Assembly: GCA_031291875.1 (NCBI GenBank)
Contig: JARLIE010000040.1
Span: 132,088 to 196,087 of the forward strand
Source: Minisyncoccota bacterium
GTDB taxonomy: Bacteria; Patescibacteriota; Minisyncoccia; Phycocordibacterales; UBA2100
Length of the DNA: 64,000 nucleotides
Reading direction: 5' to 3'
Shown here: in pieces, positions 41,731-51,764 of the stretch
Layout: each line of letters opens with the position of its first letter
Position numbering within the stretch: position 1 is the first letter of the stretch
Position numbers and translations under genes: made by a program
The notes under the pieces: generated by a model
What the model saw: the letters and a program-made list of their open reading frames with translations, nothing else
Told to the model about the DNA's origin: nothing
Databases searched by the model: none

Positions 41731-42336
41731 ATGAAAGTAGTTTTGGCGACCAGGAATAAAAATAAGATGGATCAGATCCGCGCAGTGTTTGCCGGCGCGG
41801 CTATTGAAATACTCTCGCTCGACGATGTTTCCGTTTCCGGTGCAGCGGTGGAAGACGGCTCCTCGCTTGAGGAAAATGCAACGAAGAAAGTTCGGTACGC
41901 GCATGAGCGACTTACACAGCCGATGTGGGTGATGGCGGACGACACCGGATTTTTTATCGACGCCTTTGGTGGCGAGCCCGGGATCCAAGCCGCGTATTGG
42001 GGAGGCGAACACTTGAGCGCAGAAGAGCGAATGCGCTACGCACTGGAGCGAATGCATGGTGTCACGGATCGCCGGGCGACGTTTCGCACGTGCGTCGCGC
42101 TGGTTTCACCGGAAGGGGAGCTAACGTACTTTTTGGGTGAGCTGAAAGGTACCCTTCTCGAAGAACCACGCGGTACCTTGCTGCCAAGTCTGCCGTTTGG
42201 CGTTATTTTCCTGCCGGAAGGAGAATCGCGATCACTCGATGAATTACGAGTCGAAGAAGAAAGTGTGATCTCGCATCGAGGGAAAGCCTTTCGGCAGGCT
42301 CGGGCCTTTCTGGAGAAAAGAGCAAATACTGCATAA
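41731..42336 (+). CDS. rdgB: Non-canonical purine NTP pyrophosphatase (HAM1/RdgB)
   Basis: LATRNKNK, ENATKK, ADDTG..GEPG, ISHRGKA. Confidence 0.9.
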   Translation: MKVVLATRNKNKMDQIRAVFAGAAIEILSLDDVSVSGAAVEDGSSLEENATKKVRYAHERLTQPMWVMADDTGFFIDAFGGEPGIQAAYWGGEHLSAEERMRYALERMHGVTDRRATFRTCVALVSPEGELTYFLGELKGTLLEEPRGTLLPSLPFGVIFLPEGESRSLDELRVEEESVISHRGKAFRQARAFLEKRANTA

Positions 42337-42387
42337 TACATAAAAAGGGCACTCGAGTGAGTGCCCTTTTGCTTTGTATCTGCGAAC

Positions 42388-42708
42388 TCAGCGGTCGGTC
42401 TTCGCTTTGCGCGTTGCGACCAGGTCCCAGATTTGAACGCCGACGAGCTTGCCGGAACTGTCGTATCCGAGGTCCACGAAATGCCCTTTGCCAGGAACGA
42501 GCGGCTGCCAGCTTATGCTCACATCCTCGATCTGGACGATGGTGCAGTGCAAGGACGGGCATTCCCAGACCTGTGGCTTAAACTCAGGCACTCTGAAAGA
42601 GGGCCACGGCCGCCAGGGCCTTGAGAATAACCGTTCTCGCCAAGAGCGTCTCGGAAGCAGGGCGCCGAAAAAATCGCCGAAAGCCATTTCGCTTGCGACC
42701 TTACTCAT
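42388..42708 (-). CDS. Orphan protein with DUF2283-like C-terminus (SD-led)
   Basis: VDLGYDSSGKLVGVQIWD, GGAGG 8 nt before ATG 42708, bidirectional terminator at 42342-42370. Confidence 0.65.
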   Translation of the reverse strand: MSKVASEMAFGDFFGALLPRRSWRERLFSRPWRPWPSFRVPEFKPQVWECPSLHCTIVQIEDVSISWQPLVPGKGHFVDLGYDSSGKLVGVQIWDLVATRKAKTDR

Positions 42709-42814
42709 TCTTTGATCCTCCAAGGTTCAAAAGTCTTCCAAGATTGAAGCATGTGCCCTTCAAAACGCAACAGGCGGTCATTCGACCGCCTGTTGGAAGG
42801 AGAGTGTGTTACGG

Positions 42815-44560
42815 CTATGCCTCGCAAGCGATGCAAACTTCTGGCTGTCGCAATTCGCCGGAGGCCTTGAGCGATTCTTTTTGCTCGATAACCTTTTTGC
42901 GGGAGAGCTCCTGGGCGGCGTTCATTGAGTGCTGGTAGTAGAGCGCCTTGATTCCGAGCTGCCAGGCCTGCAAGTAGAGCGAGTTGATGTCTTTTGCTGC
43001 AACGCCGTGCGGCACCATAATATTGAGCGACTGGCCCTGGTCGATGAATGCCTGGCGCACCGCAGCTTGCTCGATAACAACTGCCTGGTCGAGTTCGGCA
43101 AAGGTCTTGAAGACGTCCTTCTCGAGATCGGTGAGGAAGTCGAGGTGCTGTACGGAACCGTCGTGATCGCGGATCGAATCCCAAGTTTCAGCGGTGTTCT
43201 TGTCTTTCGATTCCAGCAAATCCTGAAGGAATTGATTCTTGATCGTGACCTTGAGCTTCGCGACGTCTTTCACGTAGCAGTTGCTCCACACCGGCTCGAT
43301 CGATTGCGAAACCTGACCGAGGATGAAGGCGGATGAGGTAGTCGGCGCGATCGCGAGTGTGGTTGTGTTGCGGCGACCATAGCCCTTGAGAACGGCTGGC
43401 TCACCGAATTTCTTCGCGAGCTCTTGCGAAGCGGCGTCGGCCTTCTTGCGCATCGACGAAAAGATTTCTGCGTTGAGTTTACCCGCGTCTTGGCTTTCGA
43501 ACGGAATCATTTTCGACTGCAAAAACGAGTGCCAACCCAAGACTCCAAGACCGACGGCGCGGTGTTCCTTGGCAAAGTTGTATGCGCGTTCCATAAAGTG
43601 GAATGATTCGCGATCTTCCGCCTTGTCGGAGTCGCGCAATTTCTCAAGCTTTTCGCAGAACTCCGTGATGACAGCGTCGAGAAGTTTGACCATCGTTTCA
43701 ACGAGGTCGGTGTCTTTCCAGGCATCGTAGTGCAACACGTTGATGGAGGAAAGGCAGCATACGAACGAGAGACGTTCGTTGGAGGGGAGCATGATCTCGC
43801 TGCAAAGATTGGACGCGACGATCTTCAGGTCTTTGTCTTTGTAGACCTGTGGACGCTGTTCGTTGGCATTATCAACGAACAGAATGTACGGGTAGCCGAG
43901 TTCGCCGCGGCGTTGGATCACCTTGGCCCAGATCGCGCGCTTCTTCTCGTCGCCGTTTTTCATTTCGGTCATCCACTCGTTGGTGACGGTAACGGCGTGC
44001 GTCATCTTTTGGATCGGGTTGCCTTCCGTGCCGATGTCGAGGAATTCCATAATGTCCGGGTGTTCGACAGGGAGGTAGGGAGAGAATGAACCACGACGCA
44101 CCTTGCCTTGGCTGATGACGTCGATGATCGACTCGAAGAGCTGCATGAAGTGAACCGGGCCGGAAGAAGCGCCGCCCGCGCTCACAGCGCCGCCGCGGGC
44201 TCGCAAAGCGCCAAAGTAGCCCGAAGTGCCACCGCCGTACTTACTCATCATGCCAGCCTCGGCCTCGGTGTAGAGAATCCCAGACATGTTGTCGGGGAGG
44301 TAGGAGCCGAAGCAGGAGATAGGAAGGCCTCTTGTGGCCCCAAAATTGGCCCATACTGGCGTCGAAAGCGAGATCCAGCCCTTAGACATGTAGTCGACGA
44401 GTTTGTCGGCATAGCCCTTCTCGCCGAGGATTTCCTCCGCGCGTCTTGCGATGATTTTGATGCGCTCGTCGGGTGTTTGACCCTCCTCGAGGTAGCCACG
44501 CGCAAGGAAGGCGCGAGAGTTTTCATTGAGCCAATACCAAGGTTCGTACGTTTTTCCCAT
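42815..44560 (-). CDS. nrdA: Class I ribonucleotide reductase alpha subunit, no ATP cone
   Basis: PISCF, SNLCSEI, FVCCLSS, AIAPTTSS, LYY, C-terminal CIACE. Confidence 0.96.
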   Translation of the reverse strand: MGKTYEPWYWLNENSRAFLARGYLEEGQTPDERIKIIARRAEEILGEKGYADKLVDYMSKGWISLSTPVWANFGATRGLPISCFGSYLPDNMSGILYTEAEAGMMSKYGGGTSGYFGALRARGGAVSAGGASSGPVHFMQLFESIIDVISQGKVRRGSFSPYLPVEHPDIMEFLDIGTEGNPIQKMTHAVTVTNEWMTEMKNGDEKKRAIWAKVIQRRGELGYPYILFVDNANEQRPQVYKDKDLKIVASNLCSEIMLPSNERLSFVCCLSSINVLHYDAWKDTDLVETMVKLLDAVITEFCEKLEKLRDSDKAEDRESFHFMERAYNFAKEHRAVGLGVLGWHSFLQSKMIPFESQDAGKLNAEIFSSMRKKADAASQELAKKFGEPAVLKGYGRRNTTTLAIAPTTSSAFILGQVSQSIEPVWSNCYVKDVAKLKVTIKNQFLQDLLESKDKNTAETWDSIRDHDGSVQHLDFLTDLEKDVFKTFAELDQAVVIEQAAVRQAFIDQGQSLNIMVPHGVAAKDINSLYLQAWQLGIKALYYQHSMNAAQELSRKKVIEQKESLKASGELRQPEVCIACEA

Positions 44561-44571
44561 ATAACAGATAC

Positions 44572-45876
44572 TTAGAACAGGTCGTCGCCAGTGACGGGCG
44601 CCTGTCGTTTTGAATAATTAATAGAACGCTTATCGAAGAAATCGACGTGTTTGGTCGCGATCACTTCATCGTCAAACCAGCGCGTTGCTTCAACGAGCGC
44701 CGGGTCTATCGTGAATTGCGGTTTGAGACCGACGCGCTCGAGCGAAGCGTTGAAACGGTTTTTAACGAACTCCTTTACGGTAGCAGCCGGAAGGAAGGGG
44801 AGTTCGCCCTCCTCGTAGATCCAATCGATGATCGCACATTCGGCTTCGTATGCCTCTTTGCACATGTCGTAAATAACTTTTTCATTGGCAGCATCGAACC
44901 ACTCCGGGTGCTCGGTGCGAATGATGCGGACAATCTCAGCGCCGAAGAGGCCGTGGATCTGTTCTTCCTTGGAGGTCGCTTCGACCGCGTTCGAGATGCC
45001 CTTGAATAGGTTGCGGTGTTTGTTGAACGACATGATGATCAGGAACTGAGAGAAAAGCGAGACGTGCTCGATGAAGAGCGAGAAAAGCAAAACCGCCTCA
45101 GCGTATTCGCGATCCTCGTTGGCGCGCGAACGCATGATGACTTTCTCGAGATACGAAATACGCTGCGCAAGCGGCTGGATGTTCGGCACGCGCTTAAACT
45201 CTTCGTTGAGTCCGAGAATTTCCAACAAGTGCGAGTAGGCGTCCATATGACGTACTTCAGATTCTGCAAAAGTGAATCCGACGGCGCCCACTTCCGGCTT
45301 GGGGAGACGCTTGTAGATGTCGCCCCAGAATGTTTTTACCGCAACCTCGATCTGCGCGATTGCGAGCATCGTGTTCTTGATCGTGGTGCGCTCCGCGGGA
45401 GTGGCGTTGACGTGGAAGTCGTGTACATCGCGCGTGAAATTAAATTCCGTGTGCAGCCAATACGAGTGGCGGATAGCAGTGACGTATTCGATGAGCTCCG
45501 GATATTCGTACGGCTTTAGGTGCGTGCGCTTTTTGAAGATACGGCGTTCGCGTTCTCGCGCGTGTTCGGCACGATAGATGATGTACGACTTCGCCGCTTC
45601 GAGATAGCCAAGCTCCATGAGCGAGGCTTCGACGAGGTCTTGAACGCCCTCGACGGTCGGGACGCCGTTTTCGCACACTTTCGTTTGCAAATTTGATTCG
45701 CAAATGAGGTGGAGTTTGCTGTAGACGTGTTCGGCAACCTTGTGTGCAGCCTCTCGATCGCCCGTGTGGGTCGCGAGAAATGCTTTGTGGACCGCACTCG
45801 CGATCTTCTCAAGATTGAAAATTTGCGGGGTACCGTCTCGCTTGATGATCGTGGTGATGGGTCCACTGGGAGTCAT
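44572..45876 (-). CDS. nrdB: Ribonucleotide reductase beta subunit with N-terminal ATP cone
   Basis: IIKRDG..FNLEKI..VEGVQDLVE..YIIYR ATP cone, ligands QIEVAVK, ESEVRHMDAY, IEHVSLF, EEQIH. Start re-assigned to 45876. Confidence 0.95.
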   Translation of the reverse strand: MTPSGPITTIIKRDGTPQIFNLEKIASAVHKAFLATHTGDREAAHKVAEHVYSKLHLICESNLQTKVCENGVPTVEGVQDLVEASLMELGYLEAAKSYIIYRAEHARERERRIFKKRTHLKPYEYPELIEYVTAIRHSYWLHTEFNFTRDVHDFHVNATPAERTTIKNTMLAIAQIEVAVKTFWGDIYKRLPKPEVGAVGFTFAESEVRHMDAYSHLLEILGLNEEFKRVPNIQPLAQRISYLEKVIMRSRANEDREYAEAVLLFSLFIEHVSLFSQFLIIMSFNKHRNLFKGISNAVEATSKEEQIHGLFGAEIVRIIRTEHPEWFDAANEKVIYDMCKEAYEAECAIIDWIYEEGELPFLPAATVKEFVKNRFNASLERVGLKPQFTIDPALVEATRWFDDEVIATKHVDFFDKRSINYSKRQAPVTGDDLF

Positions 45877-46039
45877 ATATATAGTTGTTAAAAATAATAT
45901 TGGTTGCCGATTTCCGATTAGCTGCGGGTGCTTTCGGACCCATGGGATTTCTCTCCATGGTTTTCGATGCGCGCGCGGGTGTTCGGAAATGCGACTGTCA
46001 TTATCGCTCCGATACGACGACTTCTGGCATTCTCCGAGG

Positions 46040-46048
46040 TGTGGATAA
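46040..46048 (-). promoter_or_regulatory. DnaA box between divergent nrdB and murD
   Basis: TGTGGATAA perfect match. Confidence 0.65.
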
Positions 46049-46074
46049 ACCCGCTTTTCGAGTAGAATGAACAA

Positions 46075-47391
46075 ATGCAACACGTTTGCGATCCCTTCAG
46101 ATCGAAACACATCACGATTTTGGGACTAGGTCTACTCGGTCGGGGGGTCGGCGACGCGGAATTCTTTGCGCAGTGCGGTGCGCACGTCGTTGTGACGGAT
46201 AAAAAGAGCGAAACCGATCTTGCGGAGTCGGTCGAGCGACTCAAAAAATTTACGAACATCGAGTTTCATCTCGGCGGACATCGCCCGGAAGATTTTACAA
46301 ACTCTGATCTCGTCATAAAGGCCTCCGGCGTGCCGCTTACTTCTCCCGAAATTGAAATCGCGAAGAAAAACGGCGTGCAGGTCGCGATGTCCACGGCGCT
46401 TTTCGCAAAATCCGCGACGGAGCTTGGCGCAGAAATCGTCGGCGTAACGGGAACGAGAGGGAAGTCGACGACGACGCAAATGATCTACGCTGTTTTACAA
46501 GCGTCCGGTAGAAAAGTTTTGCTCGGGGGCAATGTGCGCGGCATTTCGACGCTCGCACTGTTGCCCGAAGTGACGAACGATACGATTTGCGTGCTCGAGC
46601 TCGACTCCTGGCAGCTGCAAGGCTTCGGCGATCTGCACATTTCTCCCAATGTTTCGGTATTCACCAACCTCATGCCAGATCATCAAAATTATTATCCGAG
46701 CATGGAAGCGTATTTTTTGGACAAGGCGAATATTTTTCGCTATCAACACGAAGGCGACACTTTGCTGATCGGAGCTTCAATACGAGAAAAGGTCGAGGCA
46801 TCGCATCCGAGCATCGCGCCACAAGTTCCGCAACCGCTTCCGGAGGATTGGCAACTGCAAATTCCGGGCGAACACAACCGCATGAACGCGTCGTTCGCTG
46901 TTGCCGCGCTGCGCGCGCTCGGTATCGCGGATGACGAAATTAAAAAAGGCCTCGAATCGTTCGAGGGCGTCGAGGGTCGGCTGCAATTCGTTCGCGAACT
47001 CGACGGCGTAAAAATCTACAACGACAATAACGCGACAACACCCGAGGCCACGATCGCCGCGTTGAAAGCGCTTTCGCACGAGCGCGAGAAAAAAATAATT
47101 CTTATCATGGGTGGCTCGGACAAGCAGCTTGCGATGAACGAGCTCTTGTATGAAATCGCCAAAACGTGCAAGCGGGTGATTTTGCTTGCGGGCACCGGCA
47201 CGGATCGCATCGCGCCGCTCATCGCCGATTACTCGATCTTCGACGATCTCAGCGCTGCCGTGCGGGAGGCACTGAAAAGTTCGCACGCCGGCGACGTCAT
47301 TCTTTTTTCTCCCGCGTTCGCATCGTTCGGCATGTTCAAGAACGAGTACGAGCGCAACGACGAGTTTTTGAAGATCGTGCGCTCCTTATAA
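46075..47391 (+). CDS. murD: UDP-MurNAc-L-Ala:D-Glu ligase
   Basis: GVTGTRGKSTT, LELDSWQL, LFSPAFASFGMFKNEYER. Confidence 0.95.
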   Translation: MQHVCDPFRSKHITILGLGLLGRGVGDAEFFAQCGAHVVVTDKKSETDLAESVERLKKFTNIEFHLGGHRPEDFTNSDLVIKASGVPLTSPEIEIAKKNGVQVAMSTALFAKSATELGAEIVGVTGTRGKSTTTQMIYAVLQASGRKVLLGGNVRGISTLALLPEVTNDTICVLELDSWQLQGFGDLHISPNVSVFTNLMPDHQNYYPSMEAYFLDKANIFRYQHEGDTLLIGASIREKVEASHPSIAPQVPQPLPEDWQLQIPGEHNRMNASFAVAALRALGIADDEIKKGLESFEGVEGRLQFVRELDGVKIYNDNNATTPEATIAALKALSHEREKKIILIMGGSDKQLAMNELLYEIAKTCKRVILLAGTGTDRIAPLIADYSIFDDLSAAVREALKSSHAGDVILFSPAFASFGMFKNEYERNDEFLKIVRSL

Positions 47392-47406
47392 TGCTAGAGT
47401 AGGCCT

Positions 47407-48681
47407 ATGAAAATTCCCCAGCACGTCTATATGGTCGGTATCGGCGGGATCGGTATGTCGGCGCTCGCGCAGCTTCTCAAACACGATGGTAAAGACGTGA
47501 GCGGCAGCGATCGCGACGATTCGCCCACCGTTGAACTGCTCGCGCAAAAGGGGATCGAGGTGACCGTAGGGATCGGCGGAATGCCAGAAGGAACTGAACT
47601 CTTGATTTATAGCGACGCGGTACCAACGAACAACGAAATACGCGAACGCGCGCGCGAGCTCGCTATCCCGCAGCTCTCGTACTTCGAGGCGCTCGGCGAG
47701 ATCTCACGCGGGAAGCGAACGATCGCCGTCGCCGGCACGCACGGCAAGACCACGACGACGGGGATGCTCGCGAAGCTGTTGCTCGATGCCGAGAAAAAGC
47801 CCACCGCGATCGTCGGCTCGATCGTGCGTGATTTTGGGTCCAACTTCCTTGCGGGCGATGAAAATCTGTTTGTCGTCGAAGCCTGCGAATATCGGGATCA
47901 TCTGCTCAAGCTCGACCCGGAAATCTTGGTGATCACGAATATTGAGCTCGATCACACGGATTACTTCCCGGATCTCGAATCGCTCAAAGAAACGTTTCGC
48001 AAAGCGGCGGCCAAGGTTCCGTCGCACGGCGCGATCGTCACCAACCCGCACGATCCGGTTATCGCGCAGGTCATACAAAACGTCTCGGCGTCGATTGTCG
48101 ATTACACCGAAGTCGATGTGCCCGAACTCGGCCTCATCGGCGAGTTCAATAGAATGAATGCGCGCGCGGCCGCCGCTGCAGCTACCGTTGCATTTGCTGA
48201 TATCAAACAAGGAACGATCGATCGCGCGCTCGCGGATTTCAAAGGCTCGTGGCGCCGGTTTGAATATAAAGGAGAAACCCCAAGCGGCGCGATCGTGTAC
48301 GACGATTACGCGCACCATCCGACCGCGATCCAAAAAACGATCGAAGCCGCGCGAGAAAAGTTCCCGGAAAAGAAGATTGTCGTCGCGTTCCACCCGCATC
48401 TCTATTCGCGAACGAAAAGTTTGCTGCACGAATTCGCCGGCGCGCTCGCGAAAGCCGATCAAGCGATCGTCGCGCCGATTTACGCGGCGCGCGAAGAACC
48501 GGATCCGAATGTTTCCAATCATGTGCTCGCGCGCGAAACGGCCGATCGGGGCGGTGATTGCATTGCGCTCGATTCATTCGATGCGATCCGCGACGAGCTT
48601 TTGCAGTTCGATTCCTCGCATCTCATCATCACGATGGGTGCGGGTGATATCTACAAGGTTGCCGAACAAATCGCCGATTAG
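47407..48681 (+). CDS. murC: UDP-MurNAc:L-Ala ligase
   Basis: GIGGIGMSALA, AGTHGKTTTT, DDYAHHPT, TMGAGDI. Confidence 0.96.
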   Translation: MKIPQHVYMVGIGGIGMSALAQLLKHDGKDVSGSDRDDSPTVELLAQKGIEVTVGIGGMPEGTELLIYSDAVPTNNEIRERARELAIPQLSYFEALGEISRGKRTIAVAGTHGKTTTTGMLAKLLLDAEKKPTAIVGSIVRDFGSNFLAGDENLFVVEACEYRDHLLKLDPEILVITNIELDHTDYFPDLESLKETFRKAAAKVPSHGAIVTNPHDPVIAQVIQNVSASIVDYTEVDVPELGLIGEFNRMNARAAAAAATVAFADIKQGTIDRALADFKGSWRRFEYKGETPSGAIVYDDYAHHPTAIQKTIEAAREKFPEKKIVVAFHPHLYSRTKSLLHEFAGALAKADQAIVAPIYAAREEPDPNVSNHVLARETADRGGDCIALDSFDAIRDELLQFDSSHLIITMGAGDIYKVAEQIAD

Positions 48682-48750
48682 CGCGGCTCACACTACCGGG
48701 CCGCTGAAGCGACTTCTCTATATTATAGAAACAGTGATAGTGTCAGCGGC

Positions 48751-49419
48751 ATGGGTACTCTATCTATAGTCGCAACGCCGATAGGCAACCTCGAGGACAT
48801 CACCCTGCGCGCGCTGCGCACACTAAAGGAGTGCGACGTTATCTATGCCGAAGACACCCGCGTGATCGCAAAGCTCCTTGCGCGTTACGAGATCAAAAAG
48901 CCCCTGCAGCGACTCGACGCGGCGACCGAAAGCGCGAAAGTGAATGAAGTAATCGAACGGCTCGAAGCGGGCGAGAAAGTCGTCTTCGTTTCCGACGCAG
49001 GCACTCCGGGAATTTCCGACCCGGGCGCGCGCCTCGTCGCAAACATTCGCGAAGCGTTGCCGGAAGCGAAGATAGAAGCGATACCGGGCGCCTCTGCGCT
49101 CGCAGCTGCAATCTCAATTGCCGGACTCTCAACCGACGAATTTTTGTTCTTCGGGTTTTTGCCGCACAAAAAGGGACGGCAGACATCGCTCAAATATATT
49201 GCGTCGAGCCTTGTGCCGGTTGTGCTCTATGAATCGCCGCACCGCATCGAAAAACTGCTCGAAGAGCTTTCCGCCGCCGGCATCGAAAAGGTGGGTGTCG
49301 CGCGCGAGCTCACAAAAATGCACGAAGAGTTTCTTTTGGGCGAGCCGCGCGCTATTGCAAAGGATTTAACGGCCCGAAAAGCGGTGCGGGGGGAGTTCGT
49401 GGTGATTGTCTATAAGTAG
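48751..49419 (+). CDS. rsmI: 16S rRNA C1402 2'-O-methyltransferase
   Basis: VATPIGNLEDIT, SDAGTPGISDPG, YESPHR, ARELTKMHEE. Confidence 0.96.
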   Translation: MGTLSIVATPIGNLEDITLRALRTLKECDVIYAEDTRVIAKLLARYEIKKPLQRLDAATESAKVNEVIERLEAGEKVVFVSDAGTPGISDPGARLVANIREALPEAKIEAIPGASALAAAISIAGLSTDEFLFFGFLPHKKGRQTSLKYIASSLVPVVLYESPHRIEKLLEELSAAGIEKVGVARELTKMHEEFLLGEPRAIAKDLTARKAVRGEFVVIVYK

Positions 49420-49454
49420 TGGTTGCCGGTACTGTGGCAGGGTATACTTACAGT

Positions 49455-49700
49455 ATGACCCTCGATACGGTCATTATGCTCTTCGGCGCATTCGTCGCTG
49501 TTTTGCCGTTTCTGCAATTTCCGCAAGATTGGACGGACTTTTTTGCGTTCGTCGCCGGCATCATCATCATCGGACTCGGTATCGCCGTCAGACGCCGCGG
49601 TTTGCGCCACAATTTGGCAGCCGACCAAGCGCAGCTGTTTACAGAAGCCGGTCCCACCGAAACAACCGAAGAAGCTAGTACCAACCTCGGAGAAGAATAA
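49455..49700 (+). CDS. Small two-TM membrane protein
   Basis: Two hydrophobic helices, TATACT 6 nt before ATG. Confidence 0.75.
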   Translation: MTLDTVIMLFGAFVAVLPFLQFPQDWTDFFAFVAGIIIIGLGIAVRRRGLRHNLAADQAQLFTEAGPTETTEEASTNLGEE

Positions 49701-49805
49701 TCGCAAGGTTCCCTGAACTACAGGGATGCCCTGGAGGGCATGTTTGCTATACTTATATAAGTTTCCTGCAGATCGCACGTTCGATCTCGGGCAAACTCTA
49801 TTTTT

Positions 49806-51674
49806 ATGTCTTCCGATATCGAACAAAGAGACGACGACAGGCGCGTTACCTATTTCGCCTCCACGCACACGCGAGGGAAACGCGAGATGTTCGGCATTCG
49901 CGCGGTGGATCGCGGCAAGCATATTTATGTGATCGGTAAAACCGGTATGGGTAAATCGACCATGCTTGAAAACATGGCGATCCAGGATATTCAAAACGGC
50001 GAGGGAATCGCGTTTATCGATCCGCACGGCTCGACCGCGGAAAAGCTTCTCGATTTCGTTCCGCACGAGCGTCTCAAGGACGTCGTGTACTTCGCTCCGT
50101 TCGACACCGATTATCCGATCGGCTTCAACGTGATGGAAGACGTCGGGTACGACAAACGGCACCTGGTCGTCTCCGGCCTCATGGGCGCGCTCAAGCGCAT
50201 TTGGGTCGACGCGTGGTCGGCTCGTATGGAATACATTTTGCAAAACACCTTGCTTGCGCTCCTCGAGTATCCGGATTCCACATTACTTGACGTGAACCGT
50301 ATGCTCACCAACAAGACATTCCGCACCGCCGTAGTTGAAAAGATTACCGACCCGATCGTGAAAGCCTTTTGGACCGAAGAGTTCGCGAACTTTACCGATA
50401 CCTATACGCGTGAAGCGACGCCGGCGATCCAGAACAAGATCGGTCAGTTCGTGGCGAACCCATTGATCCGCAATATCATCGGGCAGGCGAAATCGTCGTT
50501 CGATCTGCGCAAGATCATGGATGAGAAAAAGATTTTTATCGTGAACCTCTCGAAGGGTCGCATGGGCGAGACCAACGCTTCGCTTCTTGGCTCCATGCTC
50601 ACGGTCAAGATTTATCTTGCGGCAATGTCGCGCGCCGACGAATCCGCCGGACGCCTTGCGCGCCTGCCGCGCTTCTATTTCTATGTCGACGAATTCCAGT
50701 CGATGATGAACGAGGCGTTCGCCGACATCCTCTCCGAATCGCGCAAATATAAGCTCGCGCTTACGCTCGCCAACCAATATATAGAACAGATGGAAGAAAA
50801 AGTGCGCGACGCCGTCTTCGGCAACGTCGGTACGCTCATTTGTTTCCGCGTCGGCCCGTTCGACGCGGAAGTGTTAAAGACCGTATTCGAACCGACCTTC
50901 GAAGCCGAAGATCTTATCGAGCTCGGGCTCGGCCAGATTTACCTAACCTTGATGATCGATGGCGTCGGTTCGCCGCCGTTTTCCGCCGAGACCATACCGC
51001 CGATCGAAGCGCCGCGGATTTCCTATCGCAACGACGTAGTGACATTTTCTCGCGCCACCTTCGGAAGGACTCGTGCCGAAGTCGAGGCAGCAATCGGCAA
51101 AAAACAGCTGGAATTCATTCCACCGCCGAGGGAGGAGAAGCGCAAACGCCCCCCGATCTTGGGAGGTGGTTTTACCCCGCGCCCAAGCAGCAACTCGCAA
51201 GGAGCGCCCCGTGAGGCGGCACCCACAGCACCCGCAAGTGCGCCTATCGCAAAACCAAATCCCGACGAACAGCGCGGCGCGCTTCGAGCAGCCATTCAAT
51301 CCGCCCGTACCGAAACTTCCGCCTCCGCCCCGCCCGCCCGTTCGCCACTTGAGATATTGCGGGAAAAGGGAGGCGCTCAAACTCACGCAGGTGGGCATGC
51401 TCCCGCACCCGCGCGTCCGAACGTACACAGGGCGCCGCAGCCAACACAGCAAACAGCGCCGGCAAATGTCCCGCCTCGGCAGATGGCGAGGCCAGCGCAC
51501 CATCCCCAGCCCCAACCCAAGCAAACGCCGCGTCCGGTTGCCGCGCCGACGCCCGCTCCGGCACCGGCGCCCGCTGCGGAACCTGTTGCCGCCGCACCAA
51601 GTGCTCACGACGGAGAAGTCTCTCCGGATGTTCTCGCCCGACTTCTCAAGGATGATCGCGACAATCAGCTGTAA
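49806..51674 (+). CDS. VirD4/TraG-like (HerA-FtsK superfamily) ATPase with Pro/Ala-rich tail
   Basis: HIYVIGKTGMGKS, FIDPHG, YVDEFQ, ESRKYKLALTLANQ. Confidence 0.88.
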   Translation: MSSDIEQRDDDRRVTYFASTHTRGKREMFGIRAVDRGKHIYVIGKTGMGKSTMLENMAIQDIQNGEGIAFIDPHGSTAEKLLDFVPHERLKDVVYFAPFDTDYPIGFNVMEDVGYDKRHLVVSGLMGALKRIWVDAWSARMEYILQNTLLALLEYPDSTLLDVNRMLTNKTFRTAVVEKITDPIVKAFWTEEFANFTDTYTREATPAIQNKIGQFVANPLIRNIIGQAKSSFDLRKIMDEKKIFIVNLSKGRMGETNASLLGSMLTVKIYLAAMSRADESAGRLARLPRFYFYVDEFQSMMNEAFADILSESRKYKLALTLANQYIEQMEEKVRDAVFGNVGTLICFRVGPFDAEVLKTVFEPTFEAEDLIELGLGQIYLTLMIDGVGSPPFSAETIPPIEAPRISYRNDVVTFSRATFGRTRAEVEAAIGKKQLEFIPPPREEKRKRPPILGGGFTPRPSSNSQGAPREAAPTAPASAPIAKPNPDEQRGALRAAIQSARTETSASAPPARSPLEILREKGGAQTHAGGHAPAPARPNVHRAPQPTQQTAPANVPPRQMARPAHHPQPQPKQTPRPVAAPTPAPAPAPAAEPVAAAPSAHDGEVSPDVLARLLKDDRDNQL

Positions 51675-51764
51675 TTGCTGACCCGCAGGTAGGCGCGTTT
51701 TCGTTCAGATTTTTTTGAACGGGCCTTTAGATTTATATGATAGCCGGTTCGTATACTGAGCCGG

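Noticed and set aside
45877-46110. N-terminal extension of nrdB and a possible NrdR box
   Set aside because: The extension overlaps the murD start and promoter. The AT-rich match to the NrdR consensus is too weak.
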